Source: Lama guanicoe (Eukaryota). From it: a stretch of 64,000 nt of DNA. The stretch's first letter is position 1. Each line of letters starts with the position of its first letter. Positions 13,691 through 26,620 of the stretch are shown here, piece after piece. Location of the stretch: contig MU053487.1 in NCBI GenBank assembly GCA_013239625.1, forward strand, positions 2,377,058 through 2,441,057, read 5' to 3'. Made by a program: the position numbers and the translations under genes. Under the pieces are notes generated by a model, which was not told the origin of the DNA, did no database searches, and worked only from the letters and a program-made list of their open reading frames with translations.

Positions 13691-14119
13691 TAGCTCTTTT
13701 TGTTCATTGACTTCTGTATATTATGAAAAAATAAGAACAGCGTACCGTGGGTTTACAACATTTAGAAGTAAAATGTGTGACTACAGTAACAATGTCAGAA
13801 AGAGAAATGGAAGGCAATGTAGGCCATTTTTCACAATAGATTTCGGTCTTCCTCATCAGATGGCTTCCCTGAAATGTTATTCGCTTTACCCATAACTAAA
13901 GCAAGAGGGAGGGGAGCGTAAGGCAGTAGAAAGAAGTGAACGATCTGCCTAATGATTTTTGTAGAAATAGGAAAGCTGCACAAAAGCAAAGGGCCTCCTC
14001 ACTACCTCACTCTTCCCACCTGTTCCGTGGACTTTTGTCTGCCACATCTTCTCTGTTCAACTGGCCTTCTTTTGTGGAATTTCAGGTGTTTTCTTTGGGG
14101 GCTGGGGGGTGAGTGTTAA

Positions 14120-14458
<339 letters not shown>

Positions 14459-14655
14459 TGAGGGTGAGATGGCTGGGGCCCCTCTCAGAAGCAGCGTGTG
14501 CCTAGGTGACATTTTCTTTACTCCTCGTCTGCATTTCTAGGCCCACACTGCTCTGTCATCCACTGGTGCCCATTCCTGTTACCAGAGTGCAGGACCCCAC
14601 CTGAGGGAGAGCTGAACCCCCCGATCCCCGCAGGCCATAGTGAATGAGGTTCTGC

Positions 14656-14940
14656 CTTGCTCCCCCTGTGCCTTCCTCTTATCCTGAGCTCTCTGGGGCT
14701 CGCCTTACGGGTTTTTTGGTTGGTGAGCAGATGCAAAGAAAAGATGGTTCTGCTGCATGTCAGGACAGAAAGCTCTTTTGAAGTGCTCAGCTCTCCACAC
14801 TTGCTCCCCCTGTGTCTTCCTCTTATCCTGAGCTCTCTGGGGCTCGCCTTACGGGTTTTTTGGTTGGTGAGCAGATGCAAAGAAAAGATGGTTCTGCTGC
14901 ATGTCAGGACAGAAAGCTCTTTTGAAGTGCTCAGCTCTCC
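14656..14940. repeat. Tandem duplication, 2 x 141 bp with a 3-bp spacer
   Basis: 14656-14796 and 14800-14940 are identical except for one C/T. Confidence 0.95.
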
Positions 14941-14995
14941 TGCCCCCAGTGCCCAGCCTAGTGAAGCATCTGGTCTCCTGGAATGGCAGGTGTGA

Positions 14996-15211
<216 letters not shown>

Positions 15212-15463
15212 TGAGTGTGTGCTGGAGGGAGAGGGCACGTGGCCCCACCTTCACCTGGAATCACAAAGATGAAAAGGATATAACAGCCCAAGGCCTGTCT
15301 CCTCTTCCTCCGCCTCCTCCCCCAGCCGTATTCAGCAGTTCCAGTTTATAGCTAAAATGCCTAAAAAGTCACATTGACTTTTTGAGTCTTTGATTTCCAT
15401 TTAGAGATGAAGTGTGTTTAAAGCACATACCTACATTGATGTATTATATTCTCTTTGGACCAG

Positions 15464-15577
15464 GTGAATTGGGATGAAGAAAAGGAATGTTTTGAAAGCC
15501 TCAGTAAAGAATGTGCTCTGTTTTACTCCATCCGGAAGCAGTACGTATCCGAGGAGTCGACCCTCTCGAGCCAGCAG
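15464..15577 (+). CDS. MLH1: MLH1 exon 18, 114 nt
   Basis: ggaccag|GTGAATTGG...CAGCAG|gtacca; [38 protein letters not shown]. Confidence 0.97.
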
Positions 15578-16064
15578 GTACCACAGTGATGCAGGTTGGC
15601 GCCCCCGGGCTGGGAGGGGCTCTCACACAACCTCAGATGATGAAACCTGCCCCTTTCTAAGGTCCTAGGGTTTCACTGCACGTGAGGTTTAAACACGGTG
15701 CTCAGCTCTTATTCATGAGTTTTATTTCCTTCTGAAATAATACCAGAAGATGCCATTGCAGTGAGAAATGGGAGGCTGAGTTGGATTTTCCAGGGCTAGT
15801 GGGCCCAGATCTCCTGTTGTTAGCCTGGACACGTGTAGCCACCGCCTTCAGGGTCTGGGTCAGCCTCCCCAGTCCCTCCCAGCTCGTGCCTACTCCACAT
15901 CTGACCACTGCATTGTCAGGAAAGCAGGGCTGGACTTAGGTCAGATCCCCAGCTCTTCTTACGGAAGCTCAGCCTAACACAAAAGAGCCTTGGTTCCTTG
16001 GGTTCTGTGAGGTTTTCCATCACCAAGTATTTCGGAGGGTCTGGTTGGGTGGGGGAAGGGGCCT

Positions 16065-16277
16065 GAAATACTTCAGAGACGGTGCAGGTTCTGTGAGTCA
16101 CGTGACTTCTTTGGTTTCCCAGTGCATATAAAAGTTAGGTTTAGGTATACTGCATAGTCTGTTAAGTGCTCAGTAACATTATCTCTAAAAACACAATGCA
16201 CAGACCTTAATTAGAAAACAATGCTGTTAGGAAAGCGGCACCAATAGACTTGCTCGACGCAGGGTTGCCACAACCCC
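16065..16277 (-). mobile_element. Tigger1-derived DNA transposon remnant (internally deleted)
   Basis: ttggtttcccagtgcatataaaagtt... and gcaccaatagacttgctcgacgcagggttgccacaa resemble the two subterminal regions of Tigger1 (from memory). Confidence 0.7.
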
Positions 16278-16849
16278 CCATCTCCCTGCAGTGGAGGTGG
16301 CAGGAGGGCACACTTTCCGGACAGTGTTGAGAGGATCTCATCGGATTGGAAACATTTACTTCAAGGGAAGGAAGGATGGATGAGAACGTATTTCCTCGTA
16401 CACGAGGCAGCTAAGGCTTAGGTGTGGGAGAGGGAGGGTGGAGCACAGCCATCATGTTTATTTTCATTTCTTACCTGTGGAGCTTTTTGGAAAGTAGAGC
16501 CACATTAAGACCCCAAAGTTAGTGGTCATTTAGGAATGTACTTCCTGCGTCCGCCATGCAAACCACATTGTCAGGACCAGACGTTGTGCTCAGCCCTGCC
16601 TCAGTAAACACGCCCCCCCGTGGAAACAGAGCTTCCACAGGGGAAAGGGCCACGAGCACCATGGGGGATTCTTTCCCACCACCTCATCTCCTGTGTGCCG
16701 GCCTGTAGGATCCCTGAGGTTGGCCTAGAAAGGATACTTCACAAGCATCAGGTCACACAGCCCATTGTAAACCACCGAGCCTTTCTAGGCCCAGTGCACA
16801 TCACACAGGAAACTGGTGTAGACAGTGATGTGAACGGTGAGGCCCATGA

Positions 16850-17038
<189 letters not shown>

Positions 17039-17169
17039 ATACGGTCACGAACGGACTCTGGGATGGGTGGTCCCTCCTTTGTATCCTGACGTTCATAGGG
17101 CTTAAGGTAGAAGACTCACGTCTGCCTTGTAACTAGTAGCACTCCTTCACACATGGTGCATTGACTGTA

Positions 17170-17175
17170 AATAAA
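17170..17175 (+). terminator. MLH1: Probable MLH1 polyadenylation signal AATAAA
   Basis: First AATAAA about 130 nt after the stop codon, followed by T-rich sequence. Confidence 0.7.
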
Positions 17176-18247
17176 TTGTCAGATGTGTCCTAACGTGATT
17201 CTTACTTAATTTCATTACTCTTGAAATTTTCCTAGATCTGTTTTCACCCAGTGTATACTTCACTGTGTTGAAGAATCCCAAAAGGAGTTTGAAAGCCCCC
17301 TGGACATCCGCTAAGAATTCTAAAAAGGCCTTGAAGATTGGACAGATTGTGCTTTGATTTGATTCTTTCCATGTCCTGGTGAAATTCTAGCAATAGGTGA
17401 TACTGTGTTGGGTCAAGTGCCTTTTAAAACAGATCTTGAACCTGTAAGAGGGTCTGATGACACTGACTATGGAAAAAGCTGAATTGACAGTTATTAATAC
17501 CTTCAGTAACCAAAGCTAAATGATTTATTCTTAATGAAAAAAAACTTGAGAGAAGAAACTAGTCCTTTTGCAATCTATAACTAGCATGAGTTTTAGACTA
17601 GCCCGTGTTGCTAATGGCTATCAATACTGCCAGCTTAAGATAAATGAATTTCTAGGTATTCTTGTTTGAAGGATGTTGTAAAAATATAAGCTTAAACTAT
17701 CAATCAGTGCCATTGAAATAAGCTGCCTTAATATCAGCCTGTATTAATAGAAATGTGTGGTCAGCACAGCCTGTAGTTCTGAGGTAAAATCCAGGTCACA
17801 CGGCTCAATGAAGAAAGTTCTGTGGACTGTCTTACAAGAAGTGGAACCAGTCCATTTGGAAAAGATCGGGACAGCAAAACAGACATTTTTTTGTGTCAGA
17901 AAAGGGGCAAGATCAGGTTCTAACACTTAGAACTTCCCAAAAGCAGACGGGCATCTCAGAGGTAAGATTCCACAAGCCTGGGAGGGGCACAGGTGAGTGA
18001 CCGTGAGTGGGGAGGGAGAGGGGGTGCCAAGGCCTCACGAGCTGGACCAGACGCGGTCGTCCCAGTGGGGGGAGTGCTAGGGTAAATCTGCGTTTCAGAA
18101 CCTGCCTCCCCACCACCCACTACCCCCCAGCACCTATTATTACTAGAAGGAAAATTTATAGGAAATCATCTCAGTTCAGGAGATTGGTTTCCATATTTTA
18201 AAAACAAAGGGCTAATTACTCTAAAGAAGGGAGTAATTATTAGAGAT

Positions 18248-18253
18248 TTTATT
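18248..18253 (-). terminator. LRRFIP2: Probable LRRFIP2 polyadenylation signal (AATAAA on - strand)
   Basis: TTTATT on + strand about 1.2 kb past the LRRFIP2 stop; another candidate lies at 17524-17529. Confidence 0.55.
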
Positions 18254-19444
18254 CATATTTAAGTTAACTTTATTACCTAGTTTCAAGTCTAATTTTATCT
18301 TATGTGGCCTTGATTCATTAGCCTTTTCCCCAATACTTTTTTTTTGTAAACACATTGAAGATATAATAATCATTTCCATAAAACCACCTTGACTCTGAGA
18401 GCAAAAGAGAATCACAAATACTGCAAAATGGATACTCAGTGATAAACTCCTCTTTAACCGGCACCTTTCAAGATGAAACTAAAGTTCTTAAAAGAAAAAA
18501 TTCTACATTCCAGATTATTTTTCCTTAAGATTATTTTGTCTTGAGAGAAAAGACGAGGGGAGAGCTAGGGTGGGCATGATTGCTGTGATCTGTTTTAAAG
18601 GCTCCTCTGACAAAATGAATGTATCGGTAGCCAATTGTAGTCAGCAAAAGGGTGTGTTTAATAGACTCTTCAGGACCACTGCCCCCTGCCTGCCCTGCCC
18701 TCCCCCACCCTCGGGCTGGTCTGAGGTTTCATCCCACAAATAAGCAGCAGATGAAATATTTTACAAGGTACAGCACAGTTGATGTGAAGACTAAGGAGCC
18801 TGCTCTTACTTGAAGAATAACAGGCCTGGGACTTCCCTGCCCCATGCAGTAAAGCAGGTTTTATATACACTCCCCCCTATCTTTTTCTAACATTTTCTTA
18901 TATAAATTTAAATATTTTACAAAAAAAGGCTTTTTCCTCCAAACATAGAAATTTGAGTGAAACATATACTCCCCACTTGTGCACTTGTTTCTTCTCTAAA
19001 ATATAAATGTCATCTGATATCAAGGCTAAATGTCTTTTGACCACTGGAGATCGCTGAAGTCTGAACTGCACCATGGAGAAGGCACTTGTGTTTTCTGAGG
19101 TCTCCAGGAAGTATCTCAGTGAGCACAGAGTCGCTGGCCTCCAGAACCCGTGCCAAAGCCTCCGAGTGCCCAGTCGCTGAGGCAGCTGGGGAAAATGGTG
19201 AGTAAATGTGACTCTAAAATTAGGGAAATAAAAACAGCATGGACCAGTTCTTAATCTAGAATCAAACTACGGACAGAATCCAAAGTGTTCATTCATGAAG
19301 ATTCAAACCTGTTTCATTCTCTCATAAATTATAAAATACAAAGGTGGCTATTTTAACAGAGCTCAAACGGTACTGGAAGGGGTCTGAGTCAGTGGACAAA
19401 AGGGCAGTCCCTCTGGGCGGGGCCCTCGCGGAAGGGCGGCCTTC

Positions 19445-19555
19445 CTACTGCTGGGCCAGTAGTGCTGTCCTGTTGGCCTTCATCTTCTCCAGCCGCTTGG
19501 CCAGGTGGCTGTTGGTCATCTCCATCTCCTCAATCTTGTCCAGTGCCGTTCGTAA
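19445..19555 (-). CDS. LRRFIP2: LRRFIP2 last coding exon (111 nt incl. TAG)
   Basis: tgcag|TTACGAACG...; [36 protein letters not shown]. Confidence 0.97.
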   Translation of the reverse strand, partial: LRTALDKIEEMEMTNSHLAKRLEKMKANRTALLAQQ

Positions 19556-19898
19556 CTGCAGACAGGAAGAGCTCGGTCACCTCAAGGGGCCAGAAATGAA
19601 CACGGTGCTACTTTATTTTCCACCTTCTGGGAAACGGAGCACTGCCGGCCGTGACAGCCTTGCTCCCCATCCCACCGGCTCCTTTTTCAGTCAGGAGAGG
19701 TGGTACCCAACGGTACAGTGTTAATCACAGAAAGGACATACAGAAGCTAGAGAAGTAGACCCGATCTAAAATGAAAGTAACAACTGTCCTTTTTTCTTAT
19801 TATCTACTTGGCCAAAACACAGAAGTAAATGGCAGTCACCATGCAAGTCAAACACCAACACAGAGAAGCAAGTAAGCAACTCCGCTGCTACTGCACCG

Positions 19899-20134
19899 AG
19901 ACCGGGCCCAGGATGGAATCCCTTACGCAGCAAAGAATTTATTTCCAAAGGATTTTCTCTGTTTAGGAATGTATTCTGCGAAGCATAATAAAGCAAGTAC
20001 CTCTCGTTGTAGCTTCCTCTTTTAAGACCGGGCCCAGGATGGAATCCCTTACGCAGCAAAGAATTTTCTCTGTTTAGGAATGTATTCTGCGAAGCATAAT
20101 AAAGCAAGTACCTCTCGTTGTAGCTTCCTCTTTT
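19899..20134. repeat. Tandem duplication (125 bp + 110 bp) spanning an LRRFIP2 exon/intron junction
   Basis: 19899-20023 and 20025-20134 are identical apart from a 15-bp indel. Confidence 0.95.
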
Positions 20135-20216
20135 CTGCTTTCAGTTCATCCTCAACTTTCTCCGCATTCTCAGCAGCAGTTTTATATCTCAGCACCTGCC
20201 CCTCCAGGCGGTTAAT
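20112..20216 (-). CDS. LRRFIP2: LRRFIP2 penultimate exon, 105 nt
   Basis: ttacag|ATTAAC...CGAGAG|gtactt; [35 protein letters not shown]. Confidence 0.96.
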
Positions 20217-20824
20217 CTGTAAACACGAGAACACAGGCCCCTGAGGTTGGGTGCTAGGAGCTACCACGTTTTTTGCAGCCAAGATGGAAATACGATGTCA
20301 TTACTGATTCAAAGTAATCTCACACTAACAAGTCCCTCCTCGGTGAGTCATAGGTCCTCTCAGAACCCAAGTGCTATTTATAAATCAAGATCTGTCTCCA
20401 GAGAGGATGACAGCTGTAGACTCATTACAGGGCCAATTTCCCATGTTAAGTTTTACGAGGACCACAATGTTTAAGTGCCAAAGGAACATTGCAGGAGACT
20501 CTCCAAATGTTGGGCTGTTTTTAGACTGTTTGAAATGTATAATAAGGGATTTTGTTACAGACTACAATCTTCTTGAATTCTCCTGAAATAGCTACAAGAA
20601 AGAAAATTATAGCTCCCATTTTCATTCTTACAGAAAAGAGGTGAAGGGCCTTGCCAGTTCTCTGCTGGCCTCTGCATGTCACTGTAGAGCTTTCACTGAG
20701 CTTCAATGGCAGAAGCGGCCCAGAGAGACGCACGCACTCATGGGGTGAGCCCCTCAGATGCAGGAAGCAGGTGTGATGTGAAGGGGCTTTAAGTCACTTG
20801 GTACCATAGGAAAGAAGGACTTAC

Positions 20825-20904
20825 ACTTTGCTCCAAGGTGGTTATATCTTGTTCTGCTTTTGAAAGCTTAAATTTGTATTCACTAATTTGTCTGTTGGCA
20901 TCTC
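20825..20904 (-). CDS. LRRFIP2: LRRFIP2 exon, 80 nt
   Basis: ttctag|GAGATGCC...CAAAGT|gtaagt; (R)[26 protein letters not shown]. Confidence 0.96.
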
Positions 20905-23288
20905 CTAGAACAAAAGAGAATAATGACTCGCGTTGCAGGAGTGAACATGTGACCCGTGAGACGGTGTCGCCTCCTGCAGCACAGGAGAGGACGGTGCAGC
21001 CCGCAGCCCAGGTTCTGGAAGCTGTAAACTACGAGAAGCGCCAGCACTTGCGTTGAACAGCATTTTAGAAGAAAGTTCTCTTCACCCCATGATGCGTGTA
21101 GGTAACTGCTTTTGGCAGGGAGCCCTGTCGGCGCAGCGGGGCCGCTGTCAACCTCACTGGCAGCCCTACGGCCCAGGGAGCCTCCGCGCCCGCAGACCGG
21201 ACTCCCCGCTTCCCTACCCCACCAGGTACCCTCCCTCCTTGCGCGCATCCTGCTCTTCCACCCCCCAAGCCCCGTTTCCCCACCTCTGATCTAAGTCTCA
21301 GCCAGCCTTTAATGGTCCTACACCATGTCCACCTCCTTCATGACTGTTATCCACGCTCTCTTCTGTGACATTTATCATGCTTCCTTACATGATTATACAG
21401 TTAAGTGAGGAGAGGGGCCCGTCTCAGCTGCTTGAATCTACCTGTTTCTAGCCAAGTGCTTTGCACATAATGTATGCTTAATATTTACTGAAATAAGTGC
21501 TTTTCAGTAACTTGTTGCAGTCACTTATGACAGGTAGAGGATAAATCATTAGCTGTGTCTCTGATCTAAGACGCAAACCATTTAAAACAAGAAGTTTAGA
21601 AATGCTGGGGGTAAAATACTCCCTCCAGCAATCCAAATTTTAACATCACTTGGAAATGACAGGACAGGAATCATAAGACCTGCAGGAGACAAACCAAATC
21701 TACCCTACTAACTTAAGAACTTGTCTACTTTTCCATATAACCAAGGTTACAACTACCTTTAATGCAAGAGGTTTTTCTAATTGGATACTTACTGTCACCT
21801 AAAAGTCGGGAGCTTATAAATCCTTCACCCTAGAAGCCACCTCTGCCAGCGAAAGCGAACAACTCCCGTTTCTGGGCTCTGAAACTGAAGCTTCAGGATC
21901 TTGTTTTAAAATTGTTAACCTCAGCAACTTATTATCAGAATGCACTGCTTCCTTCTCTATCAAAGCATTCATTTCTCCTGTTTTCAGAACTAGAAGTCGT
22001 TGGTCTCACCCCTTTATTCCATGCATGTTTTGAGATTCTATCCCAGAACACCCTGCTTATGGCCCAGGCGACTGTCCGGAGTGGAGTCTCCAGGTTCTGT
22101 CCTGGCCTCGGTGCCACCTGCTTCATTGACCAAGCCAGGCCCAGCCCTGCCTTGAGCACTTGGTTCTCCAGCTCCACCCTGGGCAGTCTCCCTGCCTTCC
22201 ATGCCTGCCTGCTCCAGGAGATTTCTCTCATCACTGCTCACCCATTCCCCTCAGTCTGCCTCGGTGTGAATTTGCTGCTCTAGGACAGACTCTTCCCAAT
22301 CTGTGCCCTGCCCTCTTTCTCTGACTGTTTCAGTCACCATTCTGGCCTCCTACCCAGTCACCCAGCTCTTGTCATGCTCCTCTCTTCCTCTTCCCTCCAT
22401 GCCAAATGGTATTTCTAGAACGAAACATTTATTAGGAAGTACCACCAGGGTCCTAAGTGATAGCTAGTAGAGGAAATGATACTAACCTCAACAGTTAGTA
22501 AGTTAGTTTTAATAAGCCTTGATCCAAAAAGGCTTGTCAGTGTGTCCAAACTCAGAATATTTAGATGAAAATGCCATGGAAGAACCAATATTTTGAAATA
22601 AGTTATCAGAAAAGCCATTATTCAAATTGGAAAAATAAAAGTCTCTCTTCTATGAATTATACATTATCTCACTGTATACAAATGGCTGTTAAAATCTCCT
22701 TACTGTGGAAATTACTGTGAGTACAGTAGGCATTTTACAGTAATATGGGGTCAAAAGTAGAAAGGGAGAAAAACCAATAATTTAGGTAAACTGAATAGGC
22801 TTACTTTGTGGCCTTGTTTTAAATTCCATCTAATAAAGATTAATTTGGGTTAACAAGAATACTTCTGGGAAAATTCTGAAACTACTCAACATTAGTATGA
22901 GTTAGATAATTAGATATATTTGGAACTAAGATAAATTCCACGTAATTGGGAAGGGGGCTTAAAGACAGGAGGCTAAAGATGTCACAGATATGTGGGGAAG
23001 GACAGCGTCATGATGTCACTATTTGCAAAATGTTCCTGGAACTCACTTTGCCCAGGACGAGGAAGAGCACTAGCCGTCAGTCCGCTCGCCACCCCCCAGA
23101 TCACACGGGCTGGTAGGAGCCTTCAGTTCCCTTACCGACCGGGACAACTCTTCTGGTCTGGCCGAGGGCTACCCGACCTTTGTACCATAGCTCCTCTTGA
23201 GAAAGGTGAGCTACAAGGCTCTAGCGGTCTGCTGGCAGCCCACCCCAGCACACACGCCGCTTAGCGGCGGCCCGGGCCCAGCACCTAC

Positions 23289-23409
23289 TCTGCATTTCGA
23301 TGAGCTGCAGGTCAGAGCCGTTCTGCAGTCCTGCCAGCTCGCCCGCTGGGCCGTCACTCCTGGAGCACTTCTGCCGCTCTTCCTCCAACTGCAGCTTCAG
23401 TTTTCTAAT
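23289..23409 (-). CDS. LRRFIP2: LRRFIP2 exon, 121 nt
   Basis: cttcag|ATTAGAAAA...ATGCAGA|gtaggt; [40 protein letters not shown]. Confidence 0.96.
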
Positions 23410-24180
23410 CTGAAGTGGAAGTAAAGACTCAGCAGTGAGATCCAGTCTCTCAAACGATGCCTGGCCCACTGGCCACATCTTAGAAAAGGCAGACCACCAT
23501 CAGTCACTCAGAGCAATTTTCTGGAGGGCCTGCTGTAGAGACACAATGCTCAAATACTGGAGATAAGCTATGAGCAAATTATCAAAAGAAGCGAGCTCCA
23601 GGACCAGGTGTCCCAATAAAAAGAGGTGTCCCATCTTTTATTATTTGGCTAGGTTTGTGGAAAAGCACATCTTTTGGGTATTTTTTGTTATTTTTTATTA
23701 AAAATGGAAAATTCCATGGGCAGTAGATGTTTCTTGTTTTAGAGTTAGGTTAAATATACAGAAATAACTGGAAATACATGTTTTAGTGTAGCTACATAAT
23801 CTACCTTATTTTACCCAAAATAAAAGACATTCATAGCAGCTTATTCACACTAGCCCCAAACTAGAAACAGTCGAAACATCCATCAACAGAAGGAGAAACA
23901 AACTGGTGCGCGGATACGATGGCATCATTACTCGTACGTGCAGCTACGCGGCTGACTCTCAAAGAACATGCCGCACGAAAGAACCAGACAAGAGCGCGTG
24001 CTCTGTAATTCTAACTGTATAAAACTCCAGAAAATGCGAACTGAAGTGACAAATGGCAGACTGGCGGTTGCCTGCAGAGGGGGAGAGAGGTGGAAGAAGG
24101 AAAGTTGACGAAGGGACACAAACTTTTGTGGAGTTGTGGGTATTTTCACCATCTTGACTGGGGTGCTGGCTTCACAGATA

Positions 24181-24623
24181 TGGCCATGGGTTCACCTGCC
24201 CCCCTGCACAATTCCTATGTCGCAGTCCTAACTCCCAGTACCTCGGAGTGCGAGCTGGCGTGGAACAGTCACTGCAGACGCCCTGAGTTGAGGTGAAGTT
24301 ACACTGGGATAGGGTGGGCCCCTAATCCAGTATGACAATAAAAAGAATGCGATACAAAGAGACAGATGAGGACAGAGGAGAGACAGTGTGGAGACACAGA
24401 GAGGGCTGTCTGCAAGCCAAGGGACACAAAGGTGGCCAGCAAACCACTCGAAGCTAGAAGACAAGCCTGCAACAGACTTCCGTCCACAGGCCTCGGGAGG
24501 AACCCACGCTGCTGACACGGGATCTCGGGCTCCTCACCTCCAGGCTGGGAGACAGTGCATTTCTGTTGGTCGATGCCACCCCATTGGTGGTCCTTTGTAC
24601 GGCAGCCCTAGGACACTAATACA
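24181..24623 (+). mobile_element. MaLR (MLT1-type) solo LTR inserted in an old L1 3' end (~23830-24680)
   Basis: gtcctaactcccagtacctc...gggtgggcccctaatccagtatgac...ggcagccctaggacactaataca end. Confidence 0.8.
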
Positions 24624-25329
24624 AGGTGAGCATCTGCACACCGTGCAACTTACTCTATACCAATTATAACCTTAAAAAGGTGGTTTTTTTTTTAAAAAGT
24701 GGTTTTTTTAAAAATTTACAAAATAAACTAAAAAATAAAATTAAAAGGGACTTTGGGTTGGGAAAAAAAGAAGGCCCGGTTGAAGATAGGAGTCCCACGT
24801 GTGGAAAACAGGATCAGGTGAACAGAAATGAACTGCAAGCTCAGGCCTCTGGTCCACTCCCAGTTCCCAGACTGCAGACAGCTGGCCTGTTCCCTCAGGC
24901 AGAAGACCACAGGCCCTCTCTCTCCAGAACTCTGACTAGCCTAAAAAGGAGACCAACAATCCCACATTGAAGGTTCCCAAGAAAACACCCAGCCACATCA
25001 GTCTTCACTGAAACTTGGACGAGCCTCACTCATATGCTCAGAGCTGCCAACCAGCACTAGAGTACTCCACGTTTAAACTGAAGACCAAATAAATATACAT
25101 AAGAGCATCTGGAAGGAAACAAACTACACAGATAGAAAAAACACAAAGCAAACCAACCTGCCTATCAAATTCTCCAAGATAAGTGAAAATATCTGTATCC
25201 CTGAATTGACTGCAGAAATAGAAACTCAATAAAAAATGAGAAGATAAAGTTGAGAGTATCTTTTAGAAAGCAGAGTCAAAGAGATGGGAAAACAGGAGAG
25301 AAACAATAAGAAACCCGAGGACAAATGCC

Positions 25330-26620
25330 CCGCTTCCCCCATCAGAAATCAGTCATGTCTCCCCAGATGCCTACAACTCTCATCAGAGATCAAGGAAGCA
25401 CCACAACCAGAGCAAGTCTCCCCCTCCCCTACAAAGGGGGTGGAGACCAAGCCTCCCCATGCTTCCTTCATCCTTCACTCCCAGCGATCAGAGGTGAGTC
25501 TGCATGCTCAGAGTCCCAGGTGGCTTCCCCAGCTGTCCTCCATCAACAGGTGTCAAGGGAAGGCCAGGCACTGGGACCAGGTCTGCCCTCCCCCACTGGA
25601 GAAAGGGTGAGTTCTGCACAGCTGCTCCCCAGACAACTCTGCCCTTTCAACCACAACATCACTATCTGCCTTGGCTCATCCAGGACTAATTTCATTGTCC
25701 CCAGCACCCCTGTCCACGTCCATCTCGAAATGCTCATTCTCGCTTTCCTGCACAAGCCCTACTCAGTCTTCATCTCCTAACCTCCCCCAGAGCCTGCATG
25801 TCTTCCACTGCGCCCTCTGCACTACCCTTCCATCCTCAGCAGACCCCTGCATCCTCAGTCTCTTCTCCGAGCCCTCCCCTTACCTAGCAGAGACCGCGCT
25901 CCCTGAGAGGCCTGCTCCCTGCAGCCGTCGGGAGTACTGGCTATCCTTTTCCCCCACAGCCTCCTGCCGCCAGGCCTGACAACGGAACAGGTGTCCTCTT
26001 GCTTTCCTTGCTGTTACCAAACTGTTCTCCCACCATCCTCTCTAAAATTCACCGTTCCTAGTCACATCTCTTCAGATTATAAATACTAGCGGCCCCCCAT
26101 CACTGCCATCATCCTACTCTTTCTTCGCCATTTTACCTCCACATTCCCTGAAGGCTCTTCCTCTCTTAATTGTTGGCAAATCAAGATACATTTCAGCAGA
26201 GTATCCCTCTGACAACTGACCTCTCAGTTTCTGGAACAAGGATCTTGCCATCTGCCCCATCTCGCCCTCAGCAACTCACTCCCTTTGTCCTACTCTGCAT
26301 CTCATCATTGTGTAAGGGCGGCCCACCTAATTCAGTTCTGTGTCTCTTTTCTTTAACTGCTACTCTTGATCTTTCCAGCCCATTCTCTCTGGACCCAACT
26401 CTAAAAATCCTTCAGCCGCACTGGCACCTGGGATCCACTGTGCCTGATGTTTTCCTGGATGTCGCTCAGCCCTCCTTACCTTACCTACTCTACTCTCCAG
26501 GTCCATCATCGCTCTCCTGCACACACCCTCACCTCCTCTGCCCTGCTACACTCACCTGGCAAACTCTAACTCCATCCACCCCATGCCTACACCTGTGCAG
26601 CTAAATGTGACTGGAGAAAC
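25330..26620 (+). mobile_element. Degenerate L2-like segment lying between old L1/HAL1 ORF1-like pieces
   Basis: C/T-rich strand typical of L2; A-rich ORF1-like flanks at ~25200-25330 and ~26640-26960. Confidence 0.45.

Noticed and set aside
19968..19998. gtattctgcgaagcataataaagcaag faintly resembles a Tigger1 subterminal sequence
   Set aside because: The match is only about 25 nt and gapped, with no terminal inverted repeat; probably coincidental.
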